Source of the DNA: an archaeon
GTDB taxonomy: Archaea; Thermoproteota; Nitrososphaeria; Nitrososphaerales; Gagatemarchaeaceae
Assembly (NCBI GenBank): GCA_021827865.1
Contig: JAKAUC010000007.1
Location: forward strand, 10,981-74,980
DNA: 64,000 nucleotides
Direction of reading: 5' to 3'
The position numbers and the translations under genes are program-made. Positions 50,999-61,040 of this stretch are shown piece by piece. Numbering within the stretch: the first letter of the stretch is position 1; each line of letters opens with the position of its first letter. The notes below the pieces were generated by a model. It was not told the origin of the DNA and did not search any database. It was given only the letters and a program-made list of their open reading frames with translations.

Positions 50999-52129
50999 TT
51001 AGCCTCGTATCTCCTTCAGGACCCGCCCGTAGGCGTACCAAGCATCCTTGGGTCCTGCCTTCTCGTCGATGAGCCCGAAGTGGTTCTCCTGAGGAGGGAA
51101 AGACGTCCAGGAGGTGTCCAGGTACCGCCATATGCCGATCCCAATCACCCCGTCGAGCGAGTGAGCCTCCTTCAGCGCCTGGCACACGTAGTCGGCCTGC
51201 TTCTCCTTGCTGTAGCCTAGCGCAGACGGCCCGCTGGGGTATCCTGTCTCTGCTATCATGACAGGCTTCTCGGCAACCCGGGCGAAGTCGCGCGCCCTCC
51301 TCACCACCGAAGCGTCGACGGGCTCCGACGACTTGTAGTTGGGATAGAAGTCGAGGCCCAGGACGTCGCAGAACTTCGCGTACTCGGCGACGTCGAGCCT
51401 CCCTTCGTCGGCCTCGAGGTTCACCATGGTAGACGCTCTCGGGTCCTCCAAGTGCACGGCATCGTTCAGCGTCCTGAGGAGGGCATCCCTGAATCCACTC
51501 CCTTCCAGCCAGGATGCGCCCGAGCGCCATCCTCCGGCCTCATGCATCGCCCACCAGTCCGGCTCGTTCTCTATCTGCCAGGTACTGATGTCCCCCCTGT
51601 AGTGCCTAACCAAGAGCCTGGCGTGCAGCTGCGCCCTCTTCAGGTACTCGTCTGGCCCCGCGTCAGGGCTCAGCCCCGCCGGGAGGAACCTGCTATAGCC
51701 ACAGGCGAGGACCGGGAGGACGGATATCCCCTGCGCCTTCAGCGCCTTCACCAAGCCGTCCATCGGCCACTTCTCATACCCTGCATCTAGCGTCGAGCCC
51801 AGGGTGCCGAGAGGGAGAGGGACCGGCTCGAAGAACCTCCAGGGGAACCAGCATCTGACGAAGTCGGCCCCGATCGACTTCAAGCTATCCGCGAGGGCTA
51901 GAGACGCTCTGTCGGCCTCGTCCTGAGGGATTGGCTGGTGGTGCAGAGCGATGGTCGCCTCCTCCGTCCTCTCGAACCCACCCCTCTCCCTCAGGCTCAG
52001 GGAGAGCAGGTGCGGGAAAATGATCGACTTCGGCTCCTGGGCGCCGGCGTACCTCCAGGGGTCGTCCAAGTTTATCCCGAAAGAGAACCTCCGATCTGGG
52101 CCCATGGCGGCGACTCGCGGCCACTTCAC
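50999..52129 (-). CDS. Clan GH-A (TIM-barrel) glycoside hydrolase
   Basis: WQIENEPDWW (NEP acid/base) and IAETGYPS (nucleophile Glu) have the spacing typical of GH-A. The family is unresolved. Confidence 0.6.
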   Translation of the reverse strand: MKWPRVAAMGPDRRFSFGINLDDPWRYAGAQEPKSIIFPHLLSLSLRERGGFERTEEATIALHHQPIPQDEADRASLALADSLKSIGADFVRCWFPWRFFEPVPLPLGTLGSTLDAGYEKWPMDGLVKALKAQGISVLPVLACGYSRFLPAGLSPDAGPDEYLKRAQLHARLLVRHYRGDISTWQIENEPDWWAMHEAGGWRSGASWLEGSGFRDALLRTLNDAVHLEDPRASTMVNLEADEGRLDVAEYAKFCDVLGLDFYPNYKSSEPVDASVVRRARDFARVAEKPVMIAETGYPSGPSALGYSKEKQADYVCQALKEAHSLDGVIGIGIWRYLDTSWTSFPPQENHFGLIDEKAGPKDAWYAYGRVLKEIRG

Positions 52130-52184
52130 TTACGGGTTTCCTCGACCAAAAAGGCGTATTACCCATGAGCCTCGCAGCACAAAC

Positions 52185-52859
52185 ATGGATATTCCCATCA
52201 GAACCGGGACAGCGACGGATCTCACCCACACCATCAAGAACGGGATGACCATCTACGTGGGCGACGCTGTTCCAAGGGTGTCGAAGTTCAAGACGCTCGC
52301 GAAGGACGGCGTGAACCTCTCGGTCATCACCCTGGGGTCGCACACGGGGACCCACGTTGACGCTCCCGCCCATTTCGTCAAGGGGGGGCGGCCCTTGGAC
52401 GAACTTTCAGTGGATGCCTTCGTCGGGGAGGCGGCGGTGCTCGACCTCTCAGGGGTCGAGGCCGGGTCGGCTATCCGCGCCTCGCATCTCGATGCGCACG
52501 CAGGTGAAGTAAGGAAGGGGGACATCGTCCTCATCAACACCGGCTACGGCAGGAGGTGGAACGACCCCCGCGCGAGGCGACGGTACACCTACCTGGGCGG
52601 CGACGCCGCGGAGTGGCTCGTGAAGAAGAAGGTGAAGGCGGTGGGCATCGATTATCTTTCGGTCGAGGGATTCGGCGCGCCTAAACCAGTGGCACATGTC
52701 ACCCTGCTCTCGCACGGGATTCCAATCATAGAATCCCTGAATGGGAACATCTCTTCCCTCGGGCGTAGGGTCTTCTTCGTCTGCCTTCCAATCAAAGTCG
52801 GGGGGTGCGACGGCGCCCCCGCCAGGGCAATGGCCTACCAACTGGAGGGCGGGCGTTGA
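52185..52859 (+). CDS. Cyclase-family metal hydrolase (kynurenine formamidase-like)
   Basis: GSHTGTHVDAPAHF motif. The ATG at 52185 is preferred because the upstream track extension is antisense to the GH gene. Confidence 0.7.
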   Translation: MDIPIRTGTATDLTHTIKNGMTIYVGDAVPRVSKFKTLAKDGVNLSVITLGSHTGTHVDAPAHFVKGGRPLDELSVDAFVGEAAVLDLSGVEAGSAIRASHLDAHAGEVRKGDIVLINTGYGRRWNDPRARRRYTYLGGDAAEWLVKKKVKAVGIDYLSVEGFGAPKPVAHVTLLSHGIPIIESLNGNISSLGRRVFFVCLPIKVGGCDGAPARAMAYQLEGGR

Positions 52860-53740
52860 CGCTGAGGCTCCGGGGCATAATCTCGCCGATGCCTACACCG
52901 TTCGACGGGAGCGGGAGCGTCGACGAGAAGAGGCTGAGGGAACTCACAGATTACCTCATCCAGGGAGGCATCGACGGACTCTTCCCTCTGGGGACGACTG
53001 GGGAATTCGCCCTCATGGACAGGGCGGAGCGGAAGCGCGTGCTCGAAGTCGTCGCCGACAGGGCGGACTCGAAGATCCCGGTCCTCGCGGGGGTCTCGGA
53101 CCCTTCGCCTAGGAACGCCATCGCCTTCGCGAAGGATGCCGAGGACGCTGGAGCAGACGCGGTCGTGGCCACCGCACCATACTTCTACCGGACGAGTGAG
53201 GAGGGGTTGTACCTTCACTTCAAGATGATCCATGAGGGAATCGGCCTCCCGCTCATCTTGTACAACATCCCAGAGTGGACCCACAACTACGTCCCTCCCT
53301 CCATAGTCTCTCGATTGGCCGACGAGGGGGCAATCATCGGGATAAAGTACACCGAATACAACATGCTCAACCTGACCGACTTCATAGAGTCGGTCGGTAG
53401 CAAGATCGCCGTGTTCACCGGCTCCGATGCGATGGCCTTCGCGTGTCTGGAGGCAGGCGGGGCCGGCGCAGTCATCAGCGTGTCCAACGTCGCGCCCAGG
53501 ACCGCGTCGAGCATATTCGACCTGGTCGAAGCTTCGAAGTTCAAGGAGGCTCTGTCAGTCCAGAAGTCCTTGCTCCGAGTCATACAAGCGGTGGGGCTAG
53601 GCTACTTCCCGGCAGGGCTCAAGGAGGCCATGAAGGTCGCGGGCTTTCCAGTGGGCGACGTGAGGCGGCCGCAGACTCCGCTCACCGAAGGAGAGAAGAA
53701 GGATGTAGCGAGGCTGATGGGAACGGCGAGGTTGAAATAG
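52856..53740 (+). CDS. DapA/NAL-family aldolase, probable 2-keto-3-deoxygluconate aldolase
   Basis: IISPMPTPFD...GIDGLFPLGTTGEF...GIKYT.... 294 aa, as in crenarchaeal KDG aldolase. The TTG start overlaps the upstream stop (TTGA). Confidence 0.7.
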   Translation: MTLRLRGIISPMPTPFDGSGSVDEKRLRELTDYLIQGGIDGLFPLGTTGEFALMDRAERKRVLEVVADRADSKIPVLAGVSDPSPRNAIAFAKDAEDAGADAVVATAPYFYRTSEEGLYLHFKMIHEGIGLPLILYNIPEWTHNYVPPSIVSRLADEGAIIGIKYTEYNMLNLTDFIESVGSKIAVFTGSDAMAFACLEAGGAGAVISVSNVAPRTASSIFDLVEASKFKEALSVQKSLLRVIQAVGLGYFPAGLKEAMKVAGFPVGDVRRPQTPLTEGEKKDVARLMGTARLK

Positions 53741-53775
53741 GTGGAGCAGCCCGAGCGTACAAGAAGGCGAGCAAG

Positions 53776-54960
53776 ATGAGAATCTCAAGTTTTGAAGTTT
53801 TCACCCTAGGCGAACCGGGCAAGGCGGGAGGCGCCACTTGGGCTGGGATATCCATCATCCTGAGGCTCACCACCTCGAACGGCCTTGTCGGATACGGGGA
53901 GGCCGTCCCGACCTTGAGAGTCAGGCCAGTGGTGGAGTCCCTCCGAGAGGTTGGGCGCCTGTACAAGGGCAAGGACCCGGCCGACCTCGAGCTCAACCAG
54001 CACGAATGGCACAAACACGACTTCTACCTCCCTGTCTCCTTCGAATCTACCACCGCCCTCAGCGCCTTCGACATCGCCTGCTGGGACATCCTCGGGAAGC
54101 AACACGGCGTGCCGGTGCACAAGCTCCTGGGAGGGTCCTTCAGGGAGTCGGTGCGCATGTACTCCAACGGATGGTATTCTGATTGTGTGACGCCAGAGCA
54201 GTTCGCGAGCCGAGCCAAGAAGTACGCGGCCATGGGCTACACAGGGCTGAAGTTCGACCCGTTCGGGAGGTACTACGACTGGATTGACGCGCCGGGTCTC
54301 GAGCTCGCTTACGAGAGGGTGAAGGCTGTGAAGGAGGCGACCAAAGGGAGGGTGGAACTCCTCATCGAGCACCATGGCCGGTTCAACCCCAACTCCGCCA
54401 TCATGGCTGCCCGGAAACTCGAGCCTCTCGACCCTCTCTTCGCCGAAGAGCCGATTCACCCAGACAACGTGGAGGCGCTCAGGAAGTACAGGTCATCGAC
54501 CAAGATCCGCGTCGCCCTCGGCGAGAGGATACTCACCAAGGAGCACGCTGCCTACGTCTGCTCAAACCATCTCACAGACTTCCTACAGGCGGACATAACA
54601 AACATCGGAGGGATCACGCAGGCGAAGAAGGTGAGCGCCATAGCGGAGGCCTACGGAGTGGAGATGGCCTTCCACAACGCCTTCGGCCCGATTCAGAACG
54701 CCGCGACCCTCCAGGTGGACGCCACGATACCCAACTTCCTGATCCAAGAGTCGTTCTACGACGTATTCCCAGAGTGGAAGCGGAAGCTCGTGAAAGACGG
54801 GACCCCAGTTCTGGACGGGCACTCTAGGGTGCCGAGCGGTCCCGGTCTCGGCGTTGATGTAGACGAGCGAGTGTTGAAGGAGCACGCCTTCGACGGTCAG
54901 GAGACCTTCGACCCAGACGAGCCAGTCTGGATAGTGAAGGACACCTGGAAGAAGGCCTAG
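53776..54960 (+). CDS. Enolase-superfamily gluconate (sugar-acid) dehydratase
   Basis: MRISSFEVFTL...ATWAGISIILRLTTSNGLVGYGEAVPTLRV...HEWHKHDFYLPVSFESTTALSAFDIACWDILGK. This closely parallels the Sulfolobus gluconate dehydratase N-terminus as I remember it. Confidence 0.75.
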   Translation: MRISSFEVFTLGEPGKAGGATWAGISIILRLTTSNGLVGYGEAVPTLRVRPVVESLREVGRLYKGKDPADLELNQHEWHKHDFYLPVSFESTTALSAFDIACWDILGKQHGVPVHKLLGGSFRESVRMYSNGWYSDCVTPEQFASRAKKYAAMGYTGLKFDPFGRYYDWIDAPGLELAYERVKAVKEATKGRVELLIEHHGRFNPNSAIMAARKLEPLDPLFAEEPIHPDNVEALRKYRSSTKIRVALGERILTKEHAAYVCSNHLTDFLQADITNIGGITQAKKVSAIAEAYGVEMAFHNAFGPIQNAATLQVDATIPNFLIQESFYDVFPEWKRKLVKDGTPVLDGHSRVPSGPGLGVDVDERVLKEHAFDGQETFDPDEPVWIVKDTWKKA

Positions 54961-54963
54961 GAT

Positions 54964-56307
54964 TCAGGCGCGTATCGCTATCATCACGTCGTTGACATTT
55001 GTCCCGGTGGGGCCGGTCATGACGAGGTCGCCCAGCGCCTCGAAGAACGGGTTCGAATCGTTGTCGCCCAGGTGTCGGCGTGGGTCGAGGCCCAGCTCCC
55101 TGGCCCTCTCAACGGTAGTCGAGTCAGCGTATGCACCCGCGGCCTTCGTCGACCCGTCGACTCCGTCTGTACCGAAGGACACCACCGCGACACCTGATGT
55201 GCCTTCAAGGCGGATGGCTGCGGCCAGGGCCAGCTCCTGGTTCCTCCCCCCCTTCCCACTTCCCCTGACCGTTACCGTCGTCTCGCCCCCCCAGACCTCG
55301 GCCGTGTGCCTCCCAGGCCTCGAGAGCGCCTGACGCGCCAGCCTGGCGCCCACAACTCTCGCCTCTCCGGTGACCGCTCCCGCCAGGCGCACCCTGTACC
55401 CCGAACTTTGCAGGGAAGCCTTGGCCGCTATGCATGCAGCCGAGTTGGTCCCCACCAGGAAATTTGCGACATTCCTGAAGATGGGGTCTCCCGGTTTCGG
55501 GGTCTCGCTGATGGCCCCCACCGTCCCTGAGGTGATCAGCTCTCTTACAGAGGCGGGCACCTTCTGCCACACTCTCCGGGCCTTGAGGACCTTCGCCGCG
55601 TCGACGAATGTAGTGGGGTCCGCAACGGTCGGGCCCGATGCCACGGAGCTCAGGTCGTCCCCTACGACATCTGAGATTATCAGTCCGATGACTTGCGCGC
55701 CACCTGTCGCTTCGACCAGCCTCCCCCCCGCTATCTGGGAAAGGTGCTTCCTCACGCAGTTCACCTCCCCTATCGCCGCCCCGGCCTTCAAGAGAAGGCC
55801 GGTGGTCCTCTCGAGCTCTCCCATGGCAAGCCCTTCGGGGGGCGCCGGCATCAACGCCGAGCCGCCACCGGAGAGAAGGGCTATCACCAGGTCCCCCTCC
55901 GCCACTCCGTTCAACGCGTGGAGCATACGTTTCACCCCTCTCAACCCCTTCACTGACGGGAGCGGGTGGGTCGACATCGCGAACTGTATCCTCTCCAGCT
56001 TGGGGAGGAAAGTCTGGTAATCGGGGACCACCACGACCCCGCGGTCCACCCTCCATCCCAGCATGCGCTCCAGCTCCGCAGCCATCAGCCCCGACGCCTT
56101 CCCTCCTCCAACCACCACGACCTTGCGGAAGTGGGCCAGGTCTCGCGCGACGCCGCCGACCTCTAGCGAGCCCCCTCGGACTTTCACGGCCCTCCTCACG
56201 AGCAGTGCGGGATCAGCAGCGTCCAGGGCGGCCTTTACCGCGATGAGCGCGTCCCTTCTGACGCCGCGCGCCCCCTCGATGGCCGTCTTCAGGCCTCCGG
56301 TCACCAC
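54964..56307 (-). CDS. Glycerate 2-kinase (MOFRL family)
   Basis: VVGGGKASGLMA...GGETTV...GKGGRNQE...GTDGVDG...TGPTGTNVND. Confidence 0.8.
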   Translation of the reverse strand: MVTGGLKTAIEGARGVRRDALIAVKAALDAADPALLVRRAVKVRGGSLEVGGVARDLAHFRKVVVVGGGKASGLMAAELERMLGWRVDRGVVVVPDYQTFLPKLERIQFAMSTHPLPSVKGLRGVKRMLHALNGVAEGDLVIALLSGGGSALMPAPPEGLAMGELERTTGLLLKAGAAIGEVNCVRKHLSQIAGGRLVEATGGAQVIGLIISDVVGDDLSSVASGPTVADPTTFVDAAKVLKARRVWQKVPASVRELITSGTVGAISETPKPGDPIFRNVANFLVGTNSAACIAAKASLQSSGYRVRLAGAVTGEARVVGARLARQALSRPGRHTAEVWGGETTVTVRGSGKGGRNQELALAAAIRLEGTSGVAVVSFGTDGVDGSTKAAGAYADSTTVERARELGLDPRRHLGDNDSNPFFEALGDLVMTGPTGTNVNDVMIAIRA

Positions 56308-56342
56308 AATCCGACGCCACCACGCCTCAAGATGTAAATACG

Positions 56343-57845
56343 ATGGCGAGGCGCTCGCTCTCCAAGTTGCCTTCCAATCCTGGGACGATGTTCATCGACG
56401 GCGAGTGGGTCCACGGCACGCGCGAGGAAACGATAGACGTCGTAAACCCCGCGACCGAGCGCTCCTTCGCAAAGGTCCCCCGGGGTTCCAGAGAGGACGC
56501 CAAGAGGGCCCTTGACTCGGCCGCGGACGCACAGAAGGGGTGGGAGATGCTCCCTCCTCTGGAGCGCGCCTCTTACTTGAAGAAGATGGCCGCGCTCATC
56601 AGAGCCAAGAGCGAGCAGCTGGCATTGGTGCTCACATCGGAGCAAGGCAAGCCGCTCTTCGAAGCGAGGCTAGAGGTGGAAGGCTCGGCGGCCCACTTCG
56701 AGTATTACGCGGAGTTCGCCCGCAGGATCGAAGGGGACGTCCTCCCCAGCGACAACCCGGCTCAGACCGTCATGATTCTCAGGCTTCCGATAGGCGTTGT
56801 CGCAGCAATCACCCCCTGGAACTTTCCCTCGGCCATGGTGGCGAGGAAGCTGGCACCTGCCCTCGTCACTGGCAACACCGTCGTGGTCAAGCCGTCGAGC
56901 AACACCCCCCTCAGCGCCATCGAGATCGTCAAGATCGCCGAGCAGGCGGGGATACCAAAGGGGGTCGTTAACCTCGTCACCGGGGACGGCTCCGAGGTGG
57001 GGGACGAGCTCTGCGGAAGCAGGAAGACCGGCCTGGTGACCATGACCGGCAGCACGGAGGCTGGCAGGAAGATAATGCAGCGGGCTTCGGCCCAAATGGG
57101 CAAGCTCATCCTAGAGCTCGGCGGGAAGGCTCCCCTCATCATATGGCGGGACGCCGACCTGGAGTGGGCCCTGAGATGCGCACTGTGGGCAAGGTACTGG
57201 AACTGCGGCCAGACCTGCATAAGCGCCGAGAGGATGTACCTGGACAGGGAGGTGAAGCCGAAGTTCATGTCGAAGTTCGTGGAGTTGACAAAGGGACTCA
57301 GGATAGGGGATCCTGTGTCAGCGGGGACGGACCTTGGTCCAATGGTGAGCGCCCGCGAGAGGGAGACGAGCGAGGAGTTCATAGAACTGGCCAGGAGCGA
57401 GGGGTCCTCCGTTGAGTCTGGCGGGTTACGCCCGCCCTCGATGCCCAAGGGATGGTACCTCGAGCCGACGATAATCGACGACGTCGGCCAGGACTCGCCG
57501 CTCGTGCAGAAGGAGATCTTCGGGCCAGTCGTACCGGTGCTAGAGGTCGAGTCCTTCGACCAGGCTATCGAACTGGCAAACGACTCCGAATACGGGCTGG
57601 CATCCTATGTTTTCACCCGAGACAACCGCAATGTGATGAAAGCGATGCATGAGATCAAGTTTGGTGAGACATACATCAACCAGGTGGGACCTGAGCAACT
57701 CCAGGGGGCGCACACAGGCTTCAGGATGTCTGGCCTCGGCGCCGAGGGCTCCCGGCATGGGCTGGAGCTTTATACCCAGATGAAGACGTGCTACGTAGAC
57801 TGGAGCGACAAGCCTGCGCTGCCGTACCTGTTCCCCTATACCTGA
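56343..57845 (+). CDS. NAD(P)+ aldehyde dehydrogenase, probable glyceraldehyde dehydrogenase
   Basis: ITPWNFP, MTGSTEAG, ELGGKAP and GQTCIS motifs, in ED-cluster context. Confidence 0.75.
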   Translation: MARRSLSKLPSNPGTMFIDGEWVHGTREETIDVVNPATERSFAKVPRGSREDAKRALDSAADAQKGWEMLPPLERASYLKKMAALIRAKSEQLALVLTSEQGKPLFEARLEVEGSAAHFEYYAEFARRIEGDVLPSDNPAQTVMILRLPIGVVAAITPWNFPSAMVARKLAPALVTGNTVVVKPSSNTPLSAIEIVKIAEQAGIPKGVVNLVTGDGSEVGDELCGSRKTGLVTMTGSTEAGRKIMQRASAQMGKLILELGGKAPLIIWRDADLEWALRCALWARYWNCGQTCISAERMYLDREVKPKFMSKFVELTKGLRIGDPVSAGTDLGPMVSARERETSEEFIELARSEGSSVESGGLRPPSMPKGWYLEPTIIDDVGQDSPLVQKEIFGPVVPVLEVESFDQAIELANDSEYGLASYVFTRDNRNVMKAMHEIKFGETYINQVGPEQLQGAHTGFRMSGLGAEGSRHGLELYTQMKTCYVDWSDKPALPYLFPYT

Positions 57846-57851
57846 GCCACC

Positions 57852-58928
57852 ATGAAAGCGATAACGGTCACGCCAGGCACGCCAGGTTCGGTCTCGCTGA
57901 GGGACGTCCCAGACCCCACACCGAGGACTGGCCAGCTTCTGCTCAGGGTCCAGAAGGTAGGGATCTGCGGCACAGACATGGACATCGTAAACGGGTTCTA
58001 TGGAGAAGCCCCGGCGGGGTCTCCCTACCTGATTCTTGGCCACGAATCGCTGTCCAGGGTGGAGCGCGCGGGGCCGGGCTGCGAAGGATTCAACGAAGGC
58101 GACCTGGTGGTGCCCACCGTCCGCCGAGGCTGCCCGGAGAACTGCCTTAACTGCAGGAGCGGGGAGTCTGACATGTGCCTCACCGGGCACTATGAGGAGC
58201 ACGGGATCAAACGCCTCCATGGGTTCGCCAGTGAACTCGCCCTGAGCGACTCGCGGTACGTAGTCAAACTCCCCGAGTCCTTGTCGGAGGTGGGGATCCT
58301 ACTTGAGCCGCTTACGATTGTGGAAAAGGGGGTGCAGCAGGCGTTCCGCATTCAGAACGCGCGGATGAAGTGGGAGCCGAGCACCGCTCTTGTCCTCGGC
58401 TCCGGGCCCGTGGGCCTTCTGGCGACCGCGCTTCTGAGGCAGATGGGTCTGGACGTGACCGCCGTCGCTCGGAAGCCCGCAGGCACCCCCAAGGCTAGGC
58501 TGGCGGCCTCCACCGGCGCGACCTACGTCGACGTCAGGGACGTACCGCTGTCTTCCATGGAAGGCAAGTTCGACATTGTCTTCGAAGCGACAGGCTCGAC
58601 AGCAGTGGCCCTGGAGGCCCAGAACCTCTGCGACACCAACGGCGTGGTATCGTTCGTAGGAATCTACAAGTCACAGGCTGGGACCGAGGATGCTGGAAAG
58701 GTGTTCACCAACCTCGTACTGGGAAACCGCGTATACTTCGGGTCTGTCAACGCCAACATCTCTTACTTCAGTAAGGGAGCGACTGACCTGGTGAACATCA
58801 GGAAGAAGTGGGCCGGCTTTCTGGAGGGAATCCTGACGAACAAGGTCCCCCTGGATAAGGCGGAGTCTGCCTACGGGCCCAAGGGGGAAGGGGACGTCAA
58901 GACAATCCTCGAAATGGGATCAGGGTGA
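57852..58928 (+). CDS. Zn-dependent MDR-family glucose 1-dehydrogenase-like
   Basis: VGICGTDMDIV...ILGHE... and the structural-Zn Cys cluster CPENCLNCRSGESDMC. 358 aa. Confidence 0.75.
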   Translation: MKAITVTPGTPGSVSLRDVPDPTPRTGQLLLRVQKVGICGTDMDIVNGFYGEAPAGSPYLILGHESLSRVERAGPGCEGFNEGDLVVPTVRRGCPENCLNCRSGESDMCLTGHYEEHGIKRLHGFASELALSDSRYVVKLPESLSEVGILLEPLTIVEKGVQQAFRIQNARMKWEPSTALVLGSGPVGLLATALLRQMGLDVTAVARKPAGTPKARLAASTGATYVDVRDVPLSSMEGKFDIVFEATGSTAVALEAQNLCDTNGVVSFVGIYKSQAGTEDAGKVFTNLVLGNRVYFGSVNANISYFSKGATDLVNIRKKWAGFLEGILTNKVPLDKAESAYGPKGEGDVKTILEMGSG

Positions 58929-59107
58929 CTGGCGAACTTCATGCCGCCTGGGTCCGGCAGGGTTGCTCGCAAAACACCAGTTGTCGGCCCGGTTCTACTG
59001 TGGTGAAACGTAAATACCAGTCGGTGGTGCGACCCCGAGAGCGGACACTTGCATAGACAGAAGCGCGAAGCAACCATTCCATCGCTGGCGGGCAATATCG
59101 AAGCAGG

Positions 59108-61033
59108 TTGCCGCGTCCCTGTACTGACTGCCGGGATAGGTCTCTAGACCGCGTCAGGGTGTCTCAACAAACGACAGAGAAAGAAGCGGCGCAGTGGGGG
59201 CGCGGGCAGAAGTCGTTCTCTTTGCCTTCGTCTGAAGAATACAAGCCGATCTCCGGGTATGGAATCATAGGGAACACAAGAACGGCGGCCCTGGTCGGAT
59301 ATGACGGTTCGATTGACTGGTGCTGCATGCCCAAGTTCAGCTCTCCGAGCATTTTTGCTGCCATCCTCGACAGAGGGAAGGGAGGTCGTTGGGCGATACA
59401 GCCGGCTGCAACCGCCACCTCGACCCAGTCATATCTGGAGGACACGAACATACTGAGGACCGAGTTCCGGACGGCGACCTCGAGAGTCATCTTGACCGAT
59501 TTCATGCCCTGCTCCGTCACCCAGGAAGCTTGGTCTGCACCACCGGAGATCCACAGGACCGCGCAGTGCCTCAGCGGCACGATGAGGCTTAGGCTCGAAT
59601 TCAAACCTGTCTTCAACTATGGCTACGTGACGCCCAAGTTCAAACCGACCGCGTTCGGTGTCAGGGTGAGGAGCAGGAAAGAGGAGGTCGTTCTGTCGAG
59701 CTCCGTCCCACTCCAGGTGTCAGAGTCAGGCGCGTCGGCGGAGTTCACCGTCTCCCAGGGAGAAAAGAAGGCATTCGTGCTGAGCTACGGCGAAGACGAG
59801 CCGCGGAAGGTGCAGGAGTACCACACCGAAAGGCAGCGGGCAAAGTCCGAGGTGTTCTGGATGGACTGGGCGTCGATGCTGAGGTATAGGGGGAGGTGGA
59901 GAGACGCCGTGGTGAGGTCTGCCCTGACCCTGAAACTTCTCATCTACTCGCCGACCGGGGCCATGGTCGCCGCGCCGACCACCTCTCTTCCAGAGTCTGT
60001 GGGGAACGGAAGGAACTGGGACTACAGGTACTCATGGCTCCGCGACTCCGCCAGCGCCCTCTGGGCCTTCCACAACATCGGCTACAAGAGCGAAAGCGAA
60101 GCGTACCTGCGCTGGCTGATAGACAACAATCCCTCACTGGACATGGACCTCAGGCTGATGTATGACATCGATGGGGGGAGCGACATGAAGGAGAGGGTCC
60201 TTGACCAGCTCGAGGGTTACAAAAAATCCCGCCCCGTAAGGGTGGGCAACCAGGCTGTCAACCAGGTACAGTATGACGCCTATGGGTACATGCTCGACGC
60301 CCTCTACTTCTCGTCCAGGCACGGCCGCCAGGTGGACGACGAGATGTACTTCAGGTTCGTAAAACCTCTTGCAGACTTCATCGTAGAGCACTGGTCCGAG
60401 CCTGGGAACGGGATCTGGGAGATTAGGGACGGACAGCAACACTATGTCTACACCAAGGCGTGGTGCTACGCGGGCCTGCAGAGGGCGGTGAAGATAGCCG
60501 AGGCAACGGGCCACGACGACGAGATACCGTCATGGAAGGCGGTCATGAGGCAGATCAAGGAGGAGGTCATCCGCGAAGGATGGAACGCGGAGAAGAACTC
60601 TTTTGTCTTGTACTACGGGTCGGAACACTTGGACGCCGCGACCCTGATGCTCCCGCTCATAGGCTTCCTGCCTGTCAACGACGAGAAGATGCGGGGGACA
60701 ATCGAAGCTGTCAGAAGGGAACTGTCAGAGGGGGCGCTCGTCTACAGGTACAAGGCGGATGACGGCCTCAAAGGGGAGGAGGGCGCCTTCCTCCTGTGCG
60801 GTTTCTGGCTCGTAGCCTGCCTTGCTCGGCTCGGCAGGGTCGAAGAGGCAACGAAGAACTTCGAAGAGCTATTGACCCACGCGAACCACCTCGGTCTGTA
60901 TCCTGAGGAGGTCGCCCCCAAGTCTGGAGAGGCGCTTGGCAACTTCCCACAGGCGTTCAGCCACATGGGGCTGATACTCGCTGCCAAGGAGCTGGAAGAC
61001 GCCATCCTGAGGACCGAGAAGCCTCCGGAGTAA
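59108..61033 (+). CDS. GH15-family glycoside hydrolase (glucoamylase/trehalase-type)
   Basis: ISGYGIIGNTRTAALVGYDGSIDWCCMPKFSSPSIFAAIL...NWDYRYSWLRDSA...GLYPEE. The start is uncertain (TTG 59108 or GTG near 59159). Confidence 0.8.
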   Translation: MPRPCTDCRDRSLDRVRVSQQTTEKEAAQWGRGQKSFSLPSSEEYKPISGYGIIGNTRTAALVGYDGSIDWCCMPKFSSPSIFAAILDRGKGGRWAIQPAATATSTQSYLEDTNILRTEFRTATSRVILTDFMPCSVTQEAWSAPPEIHRTAQCLSGTMRLRLEFKPVFNYGYVTPKFKPTAFGVRVRSRKEEVVLSSSVPLQVSESGASAEFTVSQGEKKAFVLSYGEDEPRKVQEYHTERQRAKSEVFWMDWASMLRYRGRWRDAVVRSALTLKLLIYSPTGAMVAAPTTSLPESVGNGRNWDYRYSWLRDSASALWAFHNIGYKSESEAYLRWLIDNNPSLDMDLRLMYDIDGGSDMKERVLDQLEGYKKSRPVRVGNQAVNQVQYDAYGYMLDALYFSSRHGRQVDDEMYFRFVKPLADFIVEHWSEPGNGIWEIRDGQQHYVYTKAWCYAGLQRAVKIAEATGHDDEIPSWKAVMRQIKEEVIREGWNAEKNSFVLYYGSEHLDAATLMLPLIGFLPVNDEKMRGTIEAVRRELSEGALVYRYKADDGLKGEEGAFLLCGFWLVACLARLGRVEEATKNFEELLTHANHLGLYPEEVAPKSGEALGNFPQAFSHMGLILAAKELEDAILRTEKPPE

Positions 61034-61040
61034 TCGCGCA

